DNA from: Candidatus Hydrogenedentota bacterium
Lineage (GTDB): Bacteria; Hydrogenedentota; Hydrogenedentia; Hydrogenedentales; SLHB01
Length of the DNA: 64,000 nt
Reading direction: 5' to 3'
NCBI GenBank assembly: GCA_963745075.1
Contig: CAVUWV010000020.1
Coordinates: forward strand, 1-64,000
Shown: positions 48,678 to 58,046 of the stretch, piece by piece
How the letters are laid out: every line of letters begins with the position of its first letter
Numbering within the stretch: position 1 is the first letter of the stretch
Program-made: the position numbers and the translations under genes
Notes under the pieces: model-generated
The model's input: the letters and a program-made list of their open reading frames with translations, nothing else
Databases searched by the model: none
What the model was told of the DNA's origin: nothing

Positions 48678-50034
48678 CTAGGCTGTCCCCTGGGGGCCAT
48701 TCTCGGCCAAGCCGGAGTCGAGGTACTTCGCAAAACGGCGTAAAGAAATCACGGAGAAGAAGTGGACGGGGGCGATCAACGCGCCCAAAATCATGGCGAT
48801 CGAGTACGGTCACACTTCGATGGGGGCCGACTTTTCTTTCGGGAGGGACTGCGGCGTAGGCGATCTTGAGATCGGGTTCGGTCTCGGCTTCGGCGATGCG
48901 CGCGGCTTCCAGGTTTTCGGCCACCCGTTTGTACTGGTCCTGGGACACTTCGGCGCGGCGCTTGAGTTCGGTTTGCACGCGCGTCTGCTCGGCGAGGTTT
49001 TGTTGCAGTGTAGCCACGTCGGCGTGGAGATCTTCGAGAGCGGCAATGGTTACTTCGCGTTTCTTAATCAAACCGGAAACCGTGGACTTCAGCGTGTCCG
49101 CTTTCTCCTTCAGTTTGAGGTACAAATCATTGACGACCTCCGATTCCAACACGTCCGACGAATCGGGATTGCCTTTGCCGGTGGCCTTCATAAGCCAATA
49201 GGCCTCGTCGGAGGGCGCCTTTCGCAGCGTCGTCTTCTCGCTGGTGTCCGCCAGGGCGGCATCGAGTTCCTGCAACTGGGCTTGCTGGTCTTCGATATCG
49301 GTGGTCAACCGAACCCGATCGAGTTCGTATTGCGTGACGAGTTCCTGCATGGCCTGCAATCGAAGGACCATATCGTCGATATCCCACTTGGTCTCGTGTT
49401 CCTGAATCTCCTTCTCGGTCTCTTCGAGTTCATTGTTGACCTGCTCGAACCGGCCGTTCAGGAACTCGACCGATCCGGTCTTTCCCTTGGCGCTGATGTC
49501 CTTGGACAGTGCGATGGCCAATTTGGACCATTCATTCGCCATGTCTGCCGCGATGGTGGGATCGGCGGCCTTGTACGAAAGGGTAATCAAGGGGAGGTAT
49601 TCCACTTCATATGCGGTTTGCTTCAGGATGGTGGTGCGCAAGCCCATGGATTCCCGGACGACTTCAAGCGGCACGTCGACTTCTTTTCCCCGCTCGGCAT
49701 AGAGACTCGTGAGTTTGTCACGGAGCTGCTTCACAATCTCTGCGTTGCGAAGCAGAACGTCATACCCTGGAACGCTTAGCGGCCGACCCATCAGAAAACC
49801 GATCTGGGTCGCCGGGCTTTGCTCTGGGTTTTGCTTGTTCCCCTGCACAGCCTGATTGAGGGGAAGCGGCGCCAGGAGCAGGCCGCTCTCCGCGGCGTAT
49901 TCGTTCTTCAAGGTCAACGTATACACGGCGGCAATCGCGCCGGCCAGTAAACCCAGAAAGACGGTCCGCCGCATCAACTTGGCTACGGTAGAGACACCGG
50001 TCATCGGTGCGTCGCTCTCGTTCTCTGACGCCAT
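48678..50034 (-). CDS. Wzz/GumC-like polysaccharide co-polymerase, probable +1 frameshift near 48801
   Basis: N-terminal TM, long coiled coil, AVPPERKVGPHR. The second TM (IAMILGALIAPVHFFSVISL...GTA*) lies in an alternate frame ending at 48678. Confidence 0.8.
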
Positions 50035-50314
50035 ACAACTCCCTCGCGATCGACCGTACACCCGCGGGCATTTCAGTAGGTCTTCAGGTTCGACGAAACC
50101 TTGCACGAGCAAAGTTTGCATGCCTGTGCCAGCGCCGCGGCACCCTCGCGTGGCGATTATAGTGAGGCATCTGAATCAGTGCAAACGAACCCCGGTTTGT
50201 GTTCGACCGGCGGGTGCTGGCACTATATGCCGCATCCGACGGACGGCATGGGTGCGCCGTGCCGTTCTACCGAAACGTAGGCCAATGAGGGGTCCAACTC
50301 CAGGATTTCCTGTT

Positions 50315-51067
50315 TTGATCGAAGTCTCTGCCTTTCAAAAAAGCTATCGCGACACGGTTGCCGTCGAGAATCTGTCGTTTTCGGTTGAACCGGGCCAAAT
50401 CCTTGGTTTGGTGGGACCCAATGGGGCCGGGAAGACATCGACGCTGCGGAGCATCGCCGGCATTATTCCACCCACGAGCGGGCGCTTGCTCGTCGCGGGG
50501 CATGACATCGTCACGGACGCGATTGCGGCCAAGTCCAAGCTGGCCTATGTGCCGGACGACCCGAAGCTGTTCGATACCCTGACCGTGTGGGAGCACCTGG
50601 AGTTCATGGCGGCGGCGTACGGGGTCAGCGGCTGGAAAGAAAAGGGCTCGGCGCTTCTTCAACGGTTCGAATTGGAGGAGAAACGCAACACGCTGGCCCA
50701 GGAGCTGTCGCGGGGCATGCGTCAAAAGGTCGCCATTTGTTGCGCGTACCTGCACGACCCCAAAGTGATTCTTTTTGACGAACCCCATACGGGTCTCGAT
50801 CCGCGGGGCATTCGCACGATGCGGGAATCGGTGGAGGAACGGGTCGTAGCGGGGGCGACCGTGGTAATCAGTTCACACTTGCTGGAGATTGTCGAAGACA
50901 TGTGCACGCACCTCCTCATTCTGCACAAGGGGCGGCGCATGTTTCTCGGGACGCTGGCCGAGGCTCGTTCCGCGTTCGGGGACCTCGAGGGCAACGCGCG
51001 GCTGGAGGACGTGTTCTTCCGCATTACGGAAGAAGGCGCAGTCGCCGGTTCCGATACGTCGAGTTAA
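50315..51067 (+). CDS. ABC transporter ATP-binding protein
   Basis: GPNGAGKT, LSRGMRQK, FDEPHTGLDP and SSH motifs; start is TTG 50315 or ATG 50285. Confidence 0.93.
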   Translation: MIEVSAFQKSYRDTVAVENLSFSVEPGQILGLVGPNGAGKTSTLRSIAGIIPPTSGRLLVAGHDIVTDAIAAKSKLAYVPDDPKLFDTLTVWEHLEFMAAAYGVSGWKEKGSALLQRFELEEKRNTLAQELSRGMRQKVAICCAYLHDPKVILFDEPHTGLDPRGIRTMRESVEERVVAGATVVISSHLLEIVEDMCTHLLILHKGRRMFLGTLAEARSAFGDLEGNARLEDVFFRITEEGAVAGSDTSS

Positions 51068-51071
51068 GTTC

Positions 51072-52688
51072 ATGCTTCATCCCGCTCTTTACAAACTCCT
51101 GATGCTGCGCCTCCGTGGGACGCGGCGGCGGATGTTGCGCGGCGTCAAAACGCCCAAGGGCGCAGTTTTTTTTGGGACGGGGATTCTGGTGTTTGCGGCG
51201 TGGCTCGGGCCCAGCGTCGTTTCTGCATTTCAAGGAACCACAACCGACCCGGGCCAGGTCGAGGCGGCGATGCCGCTGGTCATCGTGGGGATGTGTTTGC
51301 TCACCCTAATCAGTTCAGCCGGCGAACGGGCCATCTATTTCAGCCCGGGCGAAGTCGAGTTTCTGTTTCCCGGCCCCTTTGGACGGCGGGAACTGCTGGG
51401 TTACAAGGTATTAGGGCTACTGGTCGGCGTTCTGTTCAGTTCCGTTATTTTTACCGCTGTTTTCGTGCGGTTCGCGCCGTCCGTGCTTGCGGCTTTTGCC
51501 GGTGTCTTTTTGTCGCTCGTCTTTGTCCAGCTATTCAGCATGAGCTTGCTGCTGGTGGGACAGATGATGGCGGAAAGCGCCTATTCACGAGTCCGCAAGG
51601 TCGTGTTGCTTGGACTTGGCGTCGTTCTCGCCGTAGCGCTCGGTCCGGCCATCGCCATGCGGGGTTCGGGAAACTTCGGCGCTGCCATTCTGAAAGCGCA
51701 AGAGACGCCGTGGATTCACTATGCGCTGTTGCCGCTGAAACCCTTCGGACGGGCGGTCGCGGCGCAGCACGTGTTTCCGGATCTGGTTCTGTGGGCCGGT
51801 GTGGCCGTGGCGATCAACGTCGGCTTGTTCCTGTTCATCATTTGGCTCGATGCAGAGTATCGCGAGACGGCGATCGGCGTGAGCCAGCGACTGTATGCGC
51901 GGTTTCAACGGGCGCAGCGCAGCGGCATGGCCCCCACGGCGGCGACGTCGAAAGGCCGCGTCCCGCAATTCCCACGTTGGGGGGGCGTCGGGCCAACGGC
52001 GTGGCGGCAAGCGACGAACGCGGTGCGCAACGCGCGCAGTTTGATAATGATTCTGCTCCTGGTGGCGCTGGCCATTGGGATTCCGACCGTGGCGAAGGGC
52101 GGCGACCAAGGCAAGATTTGGCCGATGACGCTGGCCATGGCCATCTGGCTTACACTCTTCCTATCGATGATGGTCCGGTTCGATTTTCGGTCGGATATCG
52201 AGCAGATGGACTGGTTGAAGATGTTACCGCTGAATCCTTGGGCTCTGGTTACGGGGCAGATCGCGGTGCCCGTTGCGCTCTGTTCGATTCTCCAAATCGC
52301 CCTCGTGGCCTTCACGGTGCGGATTGCGGGCCGACCCGAGATTCTACTCGCGACGGTACTGTTCGCACCGCCGTTCAATATTCTGCTGTTTGGTATCGAG
52401 AACGCGTTGTTTCTGCTCGCGCCGACAAAGGTAGTCGCGTTCAGTCCCGGCGACTTTCAGGTGTTCGGGCGACAACTCCTCTTCATGCTCGTCAAGATCA
52501 TCCTGGTCACGATGGCGGGGTGCGTGGCCTTCGGCGGGGGAGCGGTAGTCTATCTCCTCACGGGTTCGTCGATGGTCCCGGCCATCGGGTTTGGCTGGGT
52601 TCTCCTGACCGCGCAGGCATTGGCGATGATCCCGTTAACGGCGTGGGCCTATCGCCGGTTCGACGTAAGTTTGGATACCCCGGTGTAA
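51072..52688 (+). CDS. Putative ABC exporter membrane subunit
   Basis: Polytopic; FSPGEVEFLFPGPFGRRELL and FDFRSDIEQMDWLKMLP; directly follows the ATPase gene. Confidence 0.8.
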   Translation: MLHPALYKLLMLRLRGTRRRMLRGVKTPKGAVFFGTGILVFAAWLGPSVVSAFQGTTTDPGQVEAAMPLVIVGMCLLTLISSAGERAIYFSPGEVEFLFPGPFGRRELLGYKVLGLLVGVLFSSVIFTAVFVRFAPSVLAAFAGVFLSLVFVQLFSMSLLLVGQMMAESAYSRVRKVVLLGLGVVLAVALGPAIAMRGSGNFGAAILKAQETPWIHYALLPLKPFGRAVAAQHVFPDLVLWAGVAVAINVGLFLFIIWLDAEYRETAIGVSQRLYARFQRAQRSGMAPTAATSKGRVPQFPRWGGVGPTAWRQATNAVRNARSLIMILLLVALAIGIPTVAKGGDQGKIWPMTLAMAIWLTLFLSMMVRFDFRSDIEQMDWLKMLPLNPWALVTGQIAVPVALCSILQIALVAFTVRIAGRPEILLATVLFAPPFNILLFGIENALFLLAPTKVVAFSPGDFQVFGRQLLFMLVKIILVTMAGCVAFGGGAVVYLLTGSSMVPAIGFGWVLLTAQALAMIPLTAWAYRRFDVSLDTPV

Positions 52689-52716
52689 TACGATTCACGA
52701 CGGGCGTTGGAATGGA

Positions 52717-53712
52717 CTACCCCCGCTTTGGAATCTCCACTTGCCGGCCTTCGCGGAACGCGAGGTAGGCGTGCTCCATCAATTCGGTGAGCTGCGTGCC
52801 TTCTTCGAGGCCGAAGGGGATGGGCGCATTGTTGAGAACGCCGTCGACCCAGATGCGTTCGGGGCGGGGCAGGGCTTCCGGCAAAGGTTCCGGCGTGATC
52901 CACTTTTCGGGATCAAGCTTATTGGACCGGATCTGCACGCGATCCTCATCCGCACCACCGACGAACAGGGTGCCTCCCGTGCCGGTTAGTTCCATGGAGA
53001 ACGAGCCGTTTGCCGTCATGAAACCGGTTTCCACGATGCCGATGCAGCCGCTTTCAAAAACGACCGTGCAAACCGCGTTGTCTTCGACTTCGTGATCGGT
53101 CATGAAGGTGAAAGTCGACGATATCTTCACCGGCCGGCCGCCAATCCAGCGCGCGAGGTACATGGGATGGGCGCCCAGATCCATCATGGCGCCGCCGCCG
53201 GTCCCCACGGGGTCCCAGAAATGGGGCGGCAACCACCCCGCGCTGCCCGCGTCGTGGGCCTCGCGCACGCGCAGCGAGGTGAGTTGGCCGAGGAGTCCGT
53301 CCTGCACGGCCTTGTGGGCGTACAGCGTCGCGGATCGCGTGCGGAACGGGAAGGAGATGCAGAATTTCACGCCCGCCTTCTTGACAGCGGCGCTGATGCG
53401 GTCGCATTCGGCCACGGTCAGGGCCAGGACCTTTTCCGTAAAGATGTGTTTGCCCGCTTCCGCAGCGGCGGCCATGATGTCGGCGTGCATGTTGGAGGGC
53501 GCATCAACGACGACCCCATCCACGTCGGAGCGCGCGAGCACGTCGTCCAAATTCGGCACCCAGTCCGCGTTCAATTCCTTCGCCCACTCCTCGCCGCGTT
53601 CGGGGACTTCGTCCCACACGGCGGTGATGGTCACCTCGGGCATCGCCCCCAGTCTCTCCGCGTAGCCCTTTGCATGGGCATGCCATTTGCTCAACATGGC
53701 GACATTTAACAT
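52717..53712 (-). CDS. Gfo/Idh/MocA family oxidoreductase
   Basis: WHAHA, AGKHIFTEK and GGGAMMDLGAHP motifs. Confidence 0.92.
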   Translation of the reverse strand: MLNVAMLSKWHAHAKGYAERLGAMPEVTITAVWDEVPERGEEWAKELNADWVPNLDDVLARSDVDGVVVDAPSNMHADIMAAAAEAGKHIFTEKVLALTVAECDRISAAVKKAGVKFCISFPFRTRSATLYAHKAVQDGLLGQLTSLRVREAHDAGSAGWLPPHFWDPVGTGGGAMMDLGAHPMYLARWIGGRPVKISSTFTFMTDHEVEDNAVCTVVFESGCIGIVETGFMTANGSFSMELTGTGGTLFVGGADEDRVQIRSNKLDPEKWITPEPLPEALPRPERIWVDGVLNNAPIPFGLEEGTQLTELMEHAYLAFREGRQVEIPKRG

Positions 53713-53839
53713 TCCGGTATCCCCTTTCGTACTGCGTCCTTCCGCTGCACTCGCTGATCTTGCCTTTGACACGTGCGAGCAACAATCGCGCAATCCTACG
53801 TCTCGGACGGCGGGACACGCAAACTGATTCCACAAGCGT

Positions 53840-53920
53840 GTCATCCTGAGCGTCAGCGAAGGATCTCATTTTCGTCGAGCGCTTGGGGCAATGAGATCCT
53901 TCGCTGACGCTCAGGATGAC
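53840..53920. repeat. Palindromic intergenic element with perfect 31-bp arms (GTCATCCTGAGC family)
   Basis: gtcatcctgagcgtcagcgaaggatctcatt / aatgagatccttcgctgacgctcaggatgac with a 19-nt spacer. Confidence 0.9.
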
Positions 53921-54079
53921 GGCGTACGTCTCATTCCAAGAAACCCAACCGTCCGGCCAGATGGACGTTCATTTGAGCGTGAGAGATTGAATCCACGTGG
54001 GGGCACCCTATGTTACAATAGTACATATCAGACGCGATTGAACGATCTGTTCAATTCTCGGGAAGGGAGTCTCCGCCCC

Positions 54080-54649
54080 ATGGACAAGGACATCATCCAC
54101 GAGATGCCAGTAGACGACATCGTCGTGGAATTCGACCTGCGGCCGCTGTTTCACGTTCTGACGATCATCGGCGGTTCGGTCGTCGCGTCCATCGTATATG
54201 GCATTCTGCACGACCTCGTCACCGCGCACGTGTGCGTCGAATACTTCACCGTTGCCCATACCCGGATCGTCGATACCGAGAACCCGGTTGTTCTGGCCCT
54301 GGTTTGGGGCGTCGTCACGACGTGGTGGATGGGACTCGGGTTGGGCGTACTGCTGGCCATCGCGTGCCGGGCTGGCAAGAAGCCAAAGCGAACGTTTCGC
54401 GATGTAGCCCCGGCGATCGGAAAACTGCTCGCGGTGATGGCGGGTTGCGCCGTGGTCGCTGGGCTGACGGGGTACCTTCTTACAAAGGGTGGAATGTTCA
54501 TGCTTCCGGGATTCTTTCCCAAGCTTCTGCCACCGGAGATGCACGCCCGTTTCGCGGCCGATCTTTGGGCGCACAGCGCTAGTTACGCGTCCGGGGCGAT
54601 TGGGGGATTGATTGTGATCTGGCGGGTGTGGCGGGGAAGAAGAACGTAA
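54080..54649 (+). CDS. Conserved-looking hypothetical membrane protein
   Basis: Four hydrophobic segments; YGILHDLVTAHVCVEYFT, WGVVTTWWMG and AHSASY; AAGGGAG RBS. Confidence 0.75.
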   Translation: MDKDIIHEMPVDDIVVEFDLRPLFHVLTIIGGSVVASIVYGILHDLVTAHVCVEYFTVAHTRIVDTENPVVLALVWGVVTTWWMGLGLGVLLAIACRAGKKPKRTFRDVAPAIGKLLAVMAGCAVVAGLTGYLLTKGGMFMLPGFFPKLLPPEMHARFAADLWAHSASYASGAIGGLIVIWRVWRGRRT

Positions 54650-54698
54650 GCGTTCGCACTGTGCGTTGTTGGTTTGTCTGAAGAGGGGATACGGGCTC

Positions 54699-55352
54699 AT
54701 GATTCATTTGCCACCGTTCGTTGAAATGTTGCCCTATATGTGGGCATTCCTCATTCCTTTGCCGCTATTGGCATTCTCGCTTCAGCGGCGTTCTCGCAAG
54801 GGACGGATTGTGGGGAGTTTTCTCTTACTCGTTTCTTTGTCTTCGCTAGTCTACATCGTGTACTTGCTCGATGTGGTGGCGCTGGCGACGCTTCGAAGCC
54901 TATTCCTCTACGGTGTAACAGTCGTAGCGTTTGGTCTGTGCGGGGTTGTCTACGCGCTGCACCATTCAAAGATCACGATCGCCGTGGGAGCCGCCGCCAT
55001 CGCATGCATCCTCATATTGCGATTCGTCGACACGAGCGCGAGAAAGCCATTTATGCGGTTCTACGAAGGGATTCACGCGGGAATGCCAACGGGTGACATC
55101 GAGGACCTGTTAGCGAAGCAATTCCCGTCGCGCGGCAGGTATACTCGCCCTCCAAAAATCATGTGGGACGTATTTGGACTGGAACTTCGACTGGAACCAC
55201 AAGATGGAACGGGCGGTACCGAGCGAATTGGCGTCCTCACCCGCGGAGATGAGGTGGCGGACAGACAATATATCCCGGATAGTCGAATCAACTTCGATAA
55301 CACGCTCGGTAGTATCTTTGGTGTACGAGCCGAGAAAAGGGGGTTCGAGTAA
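54699..55352 (+). CDS. Hypothetical membrane protein
   Basis: Four N-terminal TM segments plus a soluble tail; GAGGGG RBS. Confidence 0.6.
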   Translation: MIHLPPFVEMLPYMWAFLIPLPLLAFSLQRRSRKGRIVGSFLLLVSLSSLVYIVYLLDVVALATLRSLFLYGVTVVAFGLCGVVYALHHSKITIAVGAAAIACILILRFVDTSARKPFMRFYEGIHAGMPTGDIEDLLAKQFPSRGRYTRPPKIMWDVFGLELRLEPQDGTGGTERIGVLTRGDEVADRQYIPDSRINFDNTLGSIFGVRAEKRGFE

Positions 55353-55414
55353 GCGGTGCAGCGCCGCAGGCAAGCCTGCTTCGTGAAAGCAGCCGCAAGC
55401 GGCCGCACTCCAAA
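55353..55414. repeat. Degenerate REP-like hairpin pair (…GCCGCACTCC end)
   Basis: gcaggcaagcctgc and gccgcaagcggc hairpins ending in gcactccaaa, between convergent genes. Confidence 0.35.
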
Positions 55415-55458
55415 GTGCGTTTGCACAAAGTTGGCCTAAGCGCCGGAGTGGTTCTCTC

Positions 55459-57813
55459 CTACCCACGCGGACTCCACAGGAATACCCGACGGTGGAGTCC
55501 GCCGCGGGGGTTGCGACCGGGGATTTCGGTTTGGACGAGGATGGCGACGTGGTTGGTTTCGCCGGGGTGGATGAGGTCGGTCACGTCGACATCGAAGGGG
55601 GCGATGTGCTCCTGGTAGCCGAGGCGCCAGTGGCGGGTGAGTTCGAAGGGGCGTAGGACACCGTTGACCCAGACCCAGACGCCGGTGTTGTACACGCCGC
55701 CGACGGTGAGGCGGTACTCGGTGCCCTCGGGCGCGGTTGGCACGTCGAAGGCCGTGCGGTACCAGGCCTTGCCCCAGTAGCCCCAGCCTTTGTCGTCCTG
55801 GTAACCCTGGGTCTCCCAGTTCCGCGTGATGTCGATGGGCTTCCAGCCTTTGACGACTCCGGGCTGGTACCAGCGGTAGAGAATGCCCATGTCTTCGGGG
55901 TCGGTCTTGAACTCCCATTCGCGGGGCAGCATGGTGACGAGGTCGCCCACGGGACCGTTCATACGATCGGCAAAGCCCTGGTAGGTGGCGCGGAATGATT
56001 CGACGCTGGACGAGTGGTTCTTGGCGATTTCGGACGAAAATGGAATCAGTCCGTGCTTGATGTTTTCGGCTTCGCCGCGGATGGCGAGCATGCGGTCGGC
56101 GTGTTCGACGGCGGACGCGAACTCGCAGTCGGCCGCGGCGGTTTCCATGGCGAGGTATTCCATCATGTGGTCGTGGGTCAGGCGCAGCACGTGGACGCGA
56201 GTCGCGTGCGGGTTCGTCTGTGGCTAAGCGTTCGGCCTTTGCGATGAGCGCGTTTAGCTTATCCGTTACCGGAGGTAAGATCAGGCGCCACTGCATGAGG
56301 CGGCCCCAGGTTTCGTGGGTGGTCGTGTCCTCGACCGCTTTCTCGAGAGTCCAGATGTAGTCCTCGACCGGTTTCGCGGCCTCACCGTAGAACCGTCGGC
56401 AATACTCATGGACGAGCGCGTCCACGTCCGCGTCGGCGTCCCACATGAGCTTGGCCCGGACGAAGTAGTTGAGGTGAGTCGTCATCCAGGAGTTGGAGCC
56501 CTCGGTCCAGAATCCCCAGACGCCGATATCGCGGAAGTAGGGCAAGTCATGCTTGATGCAATGCAGCGTGGGAAAGGGGAGGTTCTCCAGCGATTTCGCG
56601 GGGTCGTAGTCGTAAATCAACACGGGATCGATGGAGATCGGTCCAGCGGTCCATGACCTGCTGGTACACGAGGCGTTGCCAGCATCGCGGGTCGCCGGTG
56701 CGGTGAATGGAACAGGCGGCGATGACAGCGGACTGGATGCCGAGGTTCGGTGAGAGTTCAGCGAAGACCTCGGGCGGCCGGACGCGGTTTGCGTAGCCGT
56801 TGGTGAGAACCCAGCGATCGGGGAATTCTTTGTAGACCTCGACGGCGATCTTGTTGGCGAAGGAAAACCACAGGTCGCTCAGGCTCGGATCGCCGTAGCC
56901 TTTGCCGCCGAACCCGGGATAGAAACGCTGGCACCGTTCGCAGTAGCACATGGGGAATCCATCGGGCGGGGCGAAGCCGAAGGTCAGCACGTTCGGGATT
57001 CTCGCGAAAGGTCTTCTTGATGGTCTCGACGGCGATACGGATGGTTTCGGGTTCGGACATGCACAGCATGTCCTTCTGCCGGTTTCCGTCCTTATCGAGG
57101 GCGAAGATTTCCGGATGCGTTTCGTAATAGCTCGTATCGGGCACGAGCCGCATGATGGACCCGTCGCCCGGCAGGCTGACCTTCAATGAATTGAGCTTGT
57201 TCCGCTCGAACCAATCCTGAAATTCCGCGCGGGCCGTTTCGTCAGCCGGCATCCAGCCCGAGTACCACAGATTGCGGATGCGAAAGCTGGGCCGCTCGAT
57301 ACGGTCGAGGGCTCCGACTTTGAGTGTGTCCATGTGAGGCAGCACCTCGCCGTACTCACCGGGGAAATACCAGCGGCAACCGAGGTCCGTCTCCAGAAAG
57401 TCGTATACGGCGAACAGCGTTCCGCGATAGTTCCAGTCTTCATTGCCGACGAGGACCAGAGTATCGCCGACGGTCTTGACAATGATCGCCTCTTCATTCA
57501 TGCGCGATGTATGCCCGGAGGGAACCGCAACGTTCAACGCCTGGACAGCGGCGCTACGTCCCACAAGGATCCGATTGCCTTCGACCGGTTCCGATTCCTT
57601 CGCAATGGGCAATTCAGCGCCAGTAATCTTTTTGACGTAGGTCTGCAACACCTCCGCTGCATACTTCGCCTGGTCGGACGGTGCGTTGGATAGAATGATG
57701 GTCGCCGTCGGCTGTCCTGCGTCGACGAGCGAAATGTCCGCGTGCACAGCGACGGGCAGAACGAGAGCCGTCAGACTCGATATAACACAATATCGGAGAA
57801 TGGTACGTAACAC
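55459..57813 (-). pseudogene. Secreted DUF4838-like protein with three apparent +1 frameshifts
   Basis: Signal peptide; AVYDFLETDLGCRWYFPG, PSFRIR, LCMSEP | PPDG..CYCERC | YDYDP..AKLMWD..FYG | WEFKTDP..WYRT. Breaks near 56991, 56632 and 56200. Confidence 0.75.
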
Positions 57814-57891
57814 GGATTCAACTCCTCACGAGGTTTCGGTTGAGCTGCCATCGTAGCATGGGACCAAGTATCAGGCGAATCGTGGCGGTAT

Positions 57892-57983
57892 AGTAGACGC
57901 GGCTTCCAGCCGCGTTGATTCTTCGTCTCCTTGCGGATCTTAGAACGCCTTAAGAACTAACGCGGCTGGAAGCCGCGTCTACT
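57892..57983. repeat. GTAG-type REP doublet (REPIN)
   Basis: agtagacgcggcttccagccgcgtt / aacgcggctggaagccgcgtctact form a perfect 25-bp inverted repeat. Each arm is a GTAG plus an acgcggct-tcc-agccgcgt hairpin. Confidence 0.9.
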
Positions 57984-58046
57984 TTGGCGGCCGCTATCCT
58001 TTGCTTTGGGATCCGGGTATCATATGGCGCTGAGGTGGAGGGCACC

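Noticed and set aside
48613..48800. C-terminal tail of the ORF-track Wzz-like protein (DRHDFGRVDRPR…)
   Set aside because: Product of a frameshift. The expected second TM helix is in another frame ending at 48678.
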